A DNA stretch of 64,000 bases, taken from contig JBKPBY010000053.1 of the NCBI GenBank assembly GCA_046727075.1, positions 13,078 through 77,077 on the forward strand. Reading direction: 5' to 3'. The position numbers were made by a program, and so were the translations under genes. The DNA comes from a bacterium (GTDB taxonomy: Bacteria; Verrucomicrobiota; Verrucomicrobiia; Chthoniobacterales; JAFAMB01). Position 1 is the stretch's first letter; the number at the start of each line of letters is the position of its first letter. Shown piece by piece: positions 56,309 through 64,000 of the stretch. The notes beneath the pieces were generated by a model that saw only the letters and a list, made by a program, of their open reading frames with translations, made no database searches and had not been told where the DNA came from.

Positions 56309-59300
56309 TGAGACCCGCGCTGGTTATTTTGTTGTGCTTTTTTCCGTGGCTGCAGTTGGTGGAAGCACAAGGAGACCAGGAAGAAGGAGAAGTACAGATT
56401 GAGCCCAGCGAAGGCGAAATCCAACCCGGCGCGACTATCCGGTTTACATTTCCAACGGCGATGGTGGCTGCGGATCGGCTCGATGTCGCCAATCAGCCGC
56501 TTCCATTTCAAAGCGAGCCTAAACTCCAAGGAGAATTTCTGTGGAAAAGCCCGACCGAAGGGGCGTTCACCATACGCGAGGTTGTTGCCGGAGCCAGCTA
56601 TCATCTGACTCTCGTTCCCGGTCTTGTCGACGTCGACGGTAAGCCAGTAAAAGCAGCGAATTGGAGTGCCGATTTTACGGCTCCGACCTTTTCCGTTAGC
56701 AGCGACTTCGAAGAGAGCGCACATATCAATAGCCGCGTCCAAGTCCCTCTAGGCTCCACCTATGAAGTCAAACTTGCTGAAGTTGCGGAGCACGCCTATT
56801 TCCAGGACCGGGATTCACGCCAGCGTTTTGCCGCAGAGGCGATCCAGACCAACGAAAATCCTGTGGAAGCCAAAGTCTTCCGAGTTGCGCCTCGAGAACC
56901 GCTTCCAGTCGACAGGATTTACGACCTTGTGGTCGACGGATTGTTGGATTCGAAAACCCGGCAACCGCTTGCGTATCCGAAAGTTTTTCCCATTGGAAAA
57001 GCTGCGCCTCTTAAAATCGAATGGGTCGGCGCCTTTAATCATCCACTCCAAGAGCCCGAAATTCATATAAAATTCACGGACTCCGTCGAGCCAAGCGAGG
57101 CGACCATACCAGGCAATGTGCGGATCGAACCGGCGGTACCGAACCTTCGCCTTTTAGCGAGCGGCGATGAGATCGTAGCAAAAGGTGATTTCGATCAGGC
57201 ACAGCGTTATCGGGTTACCGTATCGCCGGATCTCAAAGGAGAGCGGGGTTACTCTTTGGCAGCTGAATCCCGGTGGGGAGCAACTTTTCATGCCAAAGAG
57301 CCGTGCGTCGTATTTCCTTATTCCGAACTGTTCCTTCGCGCGCGACAAGAACTGCGATTCTCTTTCCTGCAGATCAATACGCCGAAGCTAACCTGGAAGT
57401 TGGCGGGTATTCCGCTCGAGAAACTGGGCGCTGTTCGGAGCCGTCTAACCGAATTCACGCGCGAGCAGATCGACCCGCTCACCGGTAAACCGGAACAAGA
57501 CCCACGTACCGGCTTTCACAAAGCTTATCCCACAGAGCTCCTGATCGACGCATTTGATCTCCCTGTAGCTACTCGCGGCGAGTTTGACGCCTCACTCGGA
57601 AACGCTGAAACGCTGCGAGAGATTCGCTGCACAACGAGTGCGCCGATTTCAGGACCGTATCTGCTCGAGGTTAGCTCGACTCTCGACAACGGACACGTTG
57701 TCGGTAATCGATCCATCGTTTTTGTCAGCGATTTCATCGTCTCTGAAAAGCGGACTCCGACTACGGTTATTGTTCGGCTCGCTAAAATGTCGGATGCGCA
57801 GCCCGTTTCCGGTGTGACTGTTCGCGCCATAACCGCCGATAACATTGAACTGGAACGAGCGGTGACCAACAAAGAGGGTATCGCAACTTTCCCTCGGCAA
57901 GAACTGGTCTCTTCCAAAGGATCACGTGTCGCTTTCTATGTCGCTGATACGGCCAACGGGATCGTAGTCCGCTCCGAGAGCGCCGAAGGCGCTTTTAACT
58001 CTGGAAACGATGTTGCTACTCCGCTGGCTCGGAATCGCGCAGCCATCGTCACTGATCGAAATCTCTATCGGCCCGGACAGACAGTGAAAATGAAAGGGAT
58101 GACGCGGATCGCCACCGCAACCGGCCTCAACGTCCCGGCGGAACGACGCATACAGTGGCGAATCGTCGAAGGCGAGGGGAATCAGGTTGCCGGCGAAGGA
58201 ACCGTGGCTCTCTCCGAAAGCGGTGGATGGGAAGCAAGTTGGAATGTGCCTGAGAAAACGGCGACTGGTCACTACGATATTCTCTGCGGCGTCGGCGACA
58301 AGGATTATGCAGGCAGTGCTGGAATCAACATCGAGGAATACCGGGTACCGCTTTTTTCGGTGGTTCTCGATTCTAAGCGCGAGATCGGGACTACATCCCA
58401 CGTACGCCTTTCGTCAGCCTATTTTCACGGAGCTCCCAACGCTGGAGCGCGCGTCCATTGGCAAGCGACCTGGACGGCGATTGCTGAGACCAGCACCGAC
58501 AACTCGAAATGTTACAATGCGCGATCGGAGGTCGGTCCTCGCATCGACCCGGATACCGAACAGGTCAAATCGATTGAAGGCGATACGAGCCTCGATGCCC
58601 GCGGCCTGGCTTCGCTCGAGTGCGAATCGCCTTTCAAAGAGAATGCCGCAATCGGCCACGCTTCTGTGGTCTGGCGCGCTGACGTGACCTCTGTGGATGG
58701 ACAGACGATTACCGGCGGTACTCTGAGCGATGTCTATTCAGCACGTGCACGGCTGGCCGTTCGCGCGAGCGAGGGGAACGCGCCCGAAAAGGTAGTCCGT
58801 GTCAAAATTGAAGCGCTCGACTTCGATGATCAAAGTGTTGGAGATATCCCGGTCCGGGTTGATCTCTACCACGTCGTTAGCAAAACGGTAAAGGAACAGG
58901 TAGGACCGTTTGTCTATCATTATCGAAACACCGACCAATTCACCAAAGTCGCTTCACAGGATGCTAAGACACCCAACGAGCTTTCGTTTTCGGTTCAGGA
59001 CACCGGTATTTATGTACCCGCTGTCAGTACCTCGGACCTTCACACTCCTCTTGTGAGTGACGACACAACCGTGACTGGTGAAGAGTATGCTGAGTTGCCT
59101 GTCGAGAATGAAACCGGTCTCGAAATCGATCACCGGACTGAACCGTTTAAACCCGGCGAAACGGCTGTACTTACAACAAAGTCGCCTTTCGCCGGCATGG
59201 CGTGGGTCTCGGTTGAAACAGATGAAATCTTGGACACCTTCCTGGTTCCTCTCGCCGGCAATGCCGGCCGCATTGAATTGGCCATCAAACCGGAATACGC

Positions 59301-61815
59301 GCCGAACGCCTTCGTTTCGATTTATCTCACGCGCCCGGGCGGCGACCAAGGGCTTCCCCGTGAACGGTTTGCGTTTACCGAGCTCGCGGTCCAACGACCC
59401 GACAGACAACTGAAAATCGAGTCCCGATGTACGGCGGCAGGCAGCACCCAAAACACGATTGCGACTGCCGGCGAAATTACGGTTCGTCCCGGGCAAACCG
59501 TTCGTGGCGATCTCCGGGTGACGTCTGATGGGAAACCGGTTGCCGGCGCTGATCTTGCTGTGTTTGTCGTTGACGACGCGGTACTGAAGCTGGGTGACTG
59601 GCACTTGCCCGATCTGTTTGGGTCATTCTATTACCAACGCCAGTTTGGTGTTCGCAGCTTTCATTCCCTCTCCGCCTACACCGAAGAGATAGCGCGCAGG
59701 AGCCTCACGCAGAAAGGATTCGTGATCGGCGATGGCGGCGCTCCAAGAAACGGTAATGTCCTGACTCCAAGAAAAGAATTCCGGACCCTGGCGTTCTGGC
59801 AGGCCGACCTTGTTACCGACCCGGGCGGGAACGCGACATTTCAATTTTCTGCGCCCGATAATCTCACTGCCTACCGCGTTGTCGCAGTCGGCCAGACAAA
59901 GGAAGGCCAGTTCGGAGGCGACGCCAGCGTGACACTCAAAGTCTCTAAACCTGTGCTGGTTGAGCCGGCATTAACCCGATTTCTTCGGAACGGCGATCAA
60001 GTCGAACTTCGTGCAGTGGTACACCAGAATTTTGCGAACTCTGACAAAATCCGAGTTTGCTGTTTTTCAGATCAGAACTGCCAATTGACAGATGCGACGG
60101 AGTCAACGCAGCTAGTTGAAAAAGACGTCCCAGCGGTTTTCCGCTTCAAAGCAAAAGTTTCGGATAGCCAATTGGACCCGGCAAAGATCCGGTTCGAAGC
60201 GGTGGCCCAGTCGGATCCGCAAATGGCGGATTCCGTCGAACTCAGCTTGCCGGTCGAACCACCAACAATCAAACGTACGGAAAGTGTAGCGGGGACGTTC
60301 GAGGGACCCGATTTTGATGCGCGTTCCGTCATGCCAAAGTCTTGGAATCAAGGATGCGGGACAGTCGACCTGACCGTTTCGACTTCGCCTTGGCTTCCGA
60401 AGATCGTTGGTCTGCCGACAATTCTGAATTATCCGCATGGATGTTTTGAGCAGATTTCTAGCCGGATTCTGGGGTATGCGCTGATGGGCAACCTGCTTGC
60501 CTATCTTCCCGAAGCCGACGCCCGGGATGCCGAATATCGTGCGGTCATCGAGAAAGGCATTCACCAATTTGAAGAATCGTTGCTCGAGAACGGAATGCTG
60601 CCGTATTGGCCGGGCGGCCGCTCGGAGAATCCTTTTGCTACCATTCAGGCCTTGTGGGCAATCAATGAGGGAGCAAACGCCGGATTCGAAGTCCCGGAGC
60701 GTTTGACGCACGAGCTGCAAACCTCGGTCACGAATATCATTCAGGGACGCGCACATGCGCCTCAGTTTGATCGGGTTTTCGCTCTATTTGTTTTGAGCCA
60801 GGGAACTACCACGGAAGATTTCAAAGCCACAGCCGAGGATCTTTATCTGCGTCGCAACGAGGCTGGCGACGAGGGCAGAGCGCTGCTTGCATTGGCTCTG
60901 CGCCAGCTCGGCATCATGCCGAAAGAGCAGGAGCAACTGCTTCGTGAGATTGATGCACCTCCGAAAGATCGGGCATTCGACCCAGTCAGTTTCACGTCAA
61001 CCACCCGAGCTGAGGCCATCAACGCCGTCGCGTTTCAAACAATCGCGCCAACACTCGGCAATCCAAACCGGCCGCAGCGGGTGCGAGACCGTTTGCTGGC
61101 GCTTATGAATTCGTCAGCATCTCTTTCGACCCAAGAAAACCTCTGGTTGCTGTTAGCCTTCAAATCGATGCTGGGCTCTGAGCAGACAGCGCCTCTGCAA
61201 ATCGCGGATGCTCATTCCATTCCTTCAAAGAATCACCGGTCCGCTGCCTGGCTGAACCTCCAGTTAACTAACGTTCAGGCTTTTAAGGACCTCGGCAGAA
61301 CGAACCTCACTTACTTGATAAAAGCGGTTTACACCAGCGATGCCGTTGAAACCGATCGCGCGGATCGCGGGTTTCGGGTGGAGCGCGTGGTCCGGAACCT
61401 TACCGATCCTAAACGCTCGGGCAGCGCCGATGCACCGTTCAAGCTCGGCGACCAGATCCTGGTTACCTATCGAGTCAGCACCCAGAAACTCCAAAGCTAT
61501 GTAGCACTCGAAGATTCGCTGCCAGCCGGACTCGAAACCGTGAATCCTGATCTGGCCATGATCGGCAAGTTCTTTTCTATGCCACCAGCGGATCCAGGAG
61601 ACAATCTGCTTTCATTGTCCCACTCTGAATTGCGCGATCGATCGACACTGCTCTATTTCGATACCCTAAGCCCTGGAACCGGCACCTATTCGGTCCTGGC
61701 GCGTGCAACCGCAGCCGGTTCATTCAGATGGCCTGCGACTCAGGTTGTACCGATGTACGATAGCCGGTTTTCCGGCCTCTCGCCTTCCAGCCTATGCGTA
61801 ATTTCGGGCGAATAA
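56308..61815 (+). CDS. bacterial alpha-2-macroglobulin-family protein with a thioester site
   Basis: About 1835 aa from GTG 56308. Signal peptide MRPALVILLCFFPWLQLVEA. Thioester motif YPHGCFEQ (CFEQ at 60442-60453). Followed by pbpC, the classic A2M partner. Confidence 0.9.
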   Translation: MRPALVILLCFFPWLQLVEAQGDQEEGEVQIEPSEGEIQPGATIRFTFPTAMVAADRLDVANQPLPFQSEPKLQGEFLWKSPTEGAFTIREVVAGASYHLTLVPGLVDVDGKPVKAANWSADFTAPTFSVSSDFEESAHINSRVQVPLGSTYEVKLAEVAEHAYFQDRDSRQRFAAEAIQTNENPVEAKVFRVAPREPLPVDRIYDLVVDGLLDSKTRQPLAYPKVFPIGKAAPLKIEWVGAFNHPLQEPEIHIKFTDSVEPSEATIPGNVRIEPAVPNLRLLASGDEIVAKGDFDQAQRYRVTVSPDLKGERGYSLAAESRWGATFHAKEPCVVFPYSELFLRARQELRFSFLQINTPKLTWKLAGIPLEKLGAVRSRLTEFTREQIDPLTGKPEQDPRTGFHKAYPTELLIDAFDLPVATRGEFDASLGNAETLREIRCTTSAPISGPYLLEVSSTLDNGHVVGNRSIVFVSDFIVSEKRTPTTVIVRLAKMSDAQPVSGVTVRAITADNIELERAVTNKEGIATFPRQELVSSKGSRVAFYVADTANGIVVRSESAEGAFNSGNDVATPLARNRAAIVTDRNLYRPGQTVKMKGMTRIATATGLNVPAERRIQWRIVEGEGNQVAGEGTVALSESGGWEASWNVPEKTATGHYDILCGVGDKDYAGSAGINIEEYRVPLFSVVLDSKREIGTTSHVRLSSAYFHGAPNAGARVHWQATWTAIAETSTDNSKCYNARSEVGPRIDPDTEQVKSIEGDTSLDARGLASLECESPFKENAAIGHASVVWRADVTSVDGQTITGGTLSDVYSARARLAVRASEGNAPEKVVRVKIEALDFDDQSVGDIPVRVDLYHVVSKTVKEQVGPFVYHYRNTDQFTKVASQDAKTPNELSFSVQDTGIYVPAVSTSDLHTPLVSDDTTVTGEEYAELPVENETGLEIDHRTEPFKPGETAVLTTKSPFAGMAWVSVETDEILDTFLVPLAGNAGRIELAIKPEYAPNAFVSIYLTRPGGDQGLPRERFAFTELAVQRPDRQLKIESRCTAAGSTQNTIATAGEITVRPGQTVRGDLRVTSDGKPVAGADLAVFVVDDAVLKLGDWHLPDLFGSFYYQRQFGVRSFHSLSAYTEEIARRSLTQKGFVIGDGGAPRNGNVLTPRKEFRTLAFWQADLVTDPGGNATFQFSAPDNLTAYRVVAVGQTKEGQFGGDASVTLKVSKPVLVEPALTRFLRNGDQVELRAVVHQNFANSDKIRVCCFSDQNCQLTDATESTQLVEKDVPAVFRFKAKVSDSQLDPAKIRFEAVAQSDPQMADSVELSLPVEPPTIKRTESVAGTFEGPDFDARSVMPKSWNQGCGTVDLTVSTSPWLPKIVGLPTILNYPHGCFEQISSRILGYALMGNLLAYLPEADARDAEYRAVIEKGIHQFEESLLENGMLPYWPGGRSENPFATIQALWAINEGANAGFEVPERLTHELQTSVTNIIQGRAHAPQFDRVFALFVLSQGTTTEDFKATAEDLYLRRNEAGDEGRALLALALRQLGIMPKEQEQLLREIDAPPKDRAFDPVSFTSTTRAEAINAVAFQTIAPTLGNPNRPQRVRDRLLALMNSSASLSTQENLWLLLAFKSMLGSEQTAPLQIADAHSIPSKNHRSAAWLNLQLTNVQAFKDLGRTNLTYLIKAVYTSDAVETDRADRGFRVERVVRNLTDPKRSGSADAPFKLGDQILVTYRVSTQKLQSYVALEDSLPAGLETVNPDLAMIGKFFSMPPADPGDNLLSLSHSELRDRSTLLYFDTLSPGTGTYSVLARATAAGSFRWPATQVVPMYDSRFSGLSPSSLCVISGE

Positions 61816-63988
61816 TCCTGGTCGCTAGTTTCACCTGCGTTACAGCAGCCGCGGTTTGGGTTTGGTGTTTGCCGTTGCCGCAATCGTTGCAAGCGCCTCT
61901 TGCCGGCACGCTCATACTGCTGGACAGTCGGAATCGCGAGATTGCCGAAATCGGTTCTCCAGAAGCGAGGACTCAAATCCCGTTGCGCCTTGACCAGATG
62001 GGCGAATGGCTGCCACGGATAACTGTCGCACTCGAGGATCGCCGTTTTTTTCAGCATCACGGAATCGATTGGCAAGCAACTGGCGCCGCTTTCATCCGGA
62101 ACCTTCGATCGGGACGGATTGTGTCAGGGGGCTCTACCATCACTCAACAACTGGTGAAAATGGCAGGCGGGCGCACAAAGCGCAGCTGGCCGGACAAATT
62201 CTCCGAAGCCATCGTGGCCTGGAAGCTCGAGCGGGCGTGGAGCAAAGAGCGCATTCTCGCGGAATACTTGAATCGAAGCAGTTTTGGCAATCGACGGCTC
62301 GGCCCGGAAGCAGCCGCCCGCGCCTATTTTGGAAAATCGGCAATCGATTTGAGTCTCGCCGAAGCAACCTTTTTAGCTGGGTTACCCCAAGCGCCGACAC
62401 GATTGAATCCATGGCGTCACTCGGAGCTCGCTGATCGAAAGTTTGTACGATCACTGGAACAACTGTCCAAGCTCGGCGTTATCTCGGCCGCCCAGAAAAG
62501 CTTGCTCGCACAATCACCGCCAAGTGTGCAGCGTTTCGATCCGCCACGGCTTGCGCCCAATTTCGTCGATACCGTACGATCGCTCTATCCCGGGTTACGC
62601 GGCAGGGTGAGAACGACTCTCGATCTCGATTTGCAAAATTTGGCCGAGAGAGCTGTCTGCCCACATTTGACGGCTCTGAATCGGCATGACATCACCGAAG
62701 CCGCGTTGGTTATAGTCGATAACACGACAGGTGCAGTCCAAGCTTTGGCAGGCTCATCAGACTACGCTGCTTGCCAGATCAACGGAGCGCTCCGTCCGCG
62801 GAGTTGTGGTTCCACCCTTAAACCGTTCGTATATCTCGCTGCAATCGATCGACGCCTGCTGACCGCGGCAACTCTATTGCCGGACACTCCCGATGCTATT
62901 CGGGGCCAGTACGCCGATTATGATCCGCAGAACTTCAGCCATCATTACTTAGGTCCCGTCCGCGTTCGGGAGGCGCTTGCTTGCTCGTTGAATGTGCCAG
63001 CAATCATGGTGGTTTCCCGCTTAGGGGCCAGGGAATCATTTCACGAGCTGCAAAAATGGGGCTTTCATTTCAGCGGTTCCCTCGAAGACTACGGTGCCGG
63101 GTTCATTTTAGGAAACGCACAGATCCGCTTAATTGATCTGGCGGCAGCTTATGCCGGCCTGGCTCGCCAAGGGTTAGCCATGCCGCCGAAATTTCTCGCT
63201 TCGGAATGTCCGGAAATTACGCGTATCGCGTCTCCCGAAGCGACAGATATTGTTGCCGACATTCTTTGTGATAACAATGCGCGCCAGAAAAGTTTCGGCC
63301 TCGTCTCGCCCCTTGCGTTCGATGAGCGTATCGCGGTCAAGACCGGCACAAGCAGCGGTTTCCGCGATGCTTGGACTGTCGGCTTTAACAAGGAGCACAC
63401 GGTAGCGGTGTGGGCAGGAAACTTCGATGGGCGTTCGATGCGCGACACTCTCGCGATCCGTGCGGCTGCGCCGCTGTGGGCAACAGTGATGCATAGCCTC
63501 CTGCGGAACGATCGTCCTGTTGATCAACGAATGCTAATCTGATTCATTGCGATGTCTGTGCAACGACAGGATTATTGCCATCGAAATTCAGCCAGGTAAA
63601 AATTAACGAACTGTTCCTCGACGGGACCGAGCCGAAACAAGACTCTGCCTTCTCATATTCGTCTGACGGCAAGCTGATCTTGCCGGCCGAGTATTCTGCT
63701 TGGTGTTCAAGCGCCGATAACACAGACAACGCCATGGTTATCGAAACTCCGCGAATCTTAAATCCCCCGACAAACGCGGTCTACCAGATCGATCCGGAGC
63801 TGCCACGTACTCAACAGATGATCGAGCTCGCTGCCAACCTCGGTGCCAACATACGCTGGTATGTGAACGGCACACCAGTCTCGCCTCAACTAGATGGCCG
63901 GTTTTTCTGGCAACTTGCTCCCGGCAAATGGCGACTACAGGCCGCTAGCTCCGCCGGCATCTCAGAAGAAACAATCACGGTCGAATAA
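61794..63988 (+). pseudogene. pbpC: penicillin-binding protein 1C, interrupted by one frameshift (or an assembly error)
   Basis: Glycosyltransferase motifs EDRRFFQHHGID and GGSTITQQLVK. Transpeptidase motifs STLKP, SLN and KTGTS. Frame 3 stops at 63540-63542. Frame 2, open from 63524, continues with CDVCATTGLL ... ELFLDGTEP and the PBP1C C-terminal beta domain to 63988. Confidence 0.8.
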
Positions 63989-64000
63989 AATGTCAGCAAG

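Noticed and set aside
58954-60756. Long antisense ORFs inside large genes (216 and 214 aa inside A2M; also 22707..23294 inside the kinase, 37888..38562 opposite the amidase, and 19147..19788 opposite the decarboxylase)
   Set aside because: These are typical shadow ORFs of GC-rich coding sequence. The sense-strand genes carry clear family motifs.

Overview
Gene-dense 64-kb chromosomal segment with about 49 protein-coding genes and 1 tRNA. I found no rRNA, CRISPR array, transposase, integrase or phage genes. All family calls come from motifs read in the supplied translations and from hand alignment; no database search or computation was possible. Contents: (1) 1.4-9.8 kb holds a divergent sugar-type redox cluster: GntR regulator, TIM-barrel isomerase/epimerase, DUF993-like protein, four Gfo/Idh/MocA oxidoreductases and a cupin. 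(2) Scattered housekeeping genes follow: alaS, dps, an SDR, a group-II PLP decarboxylase, a CheY-like receiver with a multi-PAS/GAF histidine kinase, tRNA-Val(GAC), NUDIX, DUF899, an SMP-30 lactonase, trmB, comEC, an M23 peptidase and a large methyltransferase. (3) 33.8-37.7 kb holds three same-strand envelope genes I cannot assign: a lipoprotein, a 642-aa orphan, and a Zn-ribbon/TM/Pro-Thr-linker/OmpA-like protein. This is my best candidate for an undescribed system. (4) Next come an amidase, a LacI regulator, two MFS exporters, an MBL-rhodanese fusion, an OPT transporter, PBP2, LysR plus MFS, an acyl-CoA desaturase and an HDAC-family deacetylase. (5) 54.8-64.0 kb holds a TPR protein / alpha-2-macroglobulin (thioester CFEQ) / PBP1C operon. 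Two genes are broken: an NAD-malic-enzyme gene (three frameshifts) and pbpC (one frameshift). The most unusual non-genic signal is in the intergenic spacers. Nearly all are built from doubled short words and long inverted repeats belonging to a few dispersed families, including a 27-bp perfect repeat at three loci. Several of these run into gene 3' ends and supply the last codons and the stop. Gene content suggests a soil PVC-type (Verrucomicrobiota-like) bacterium, but that is inference only.
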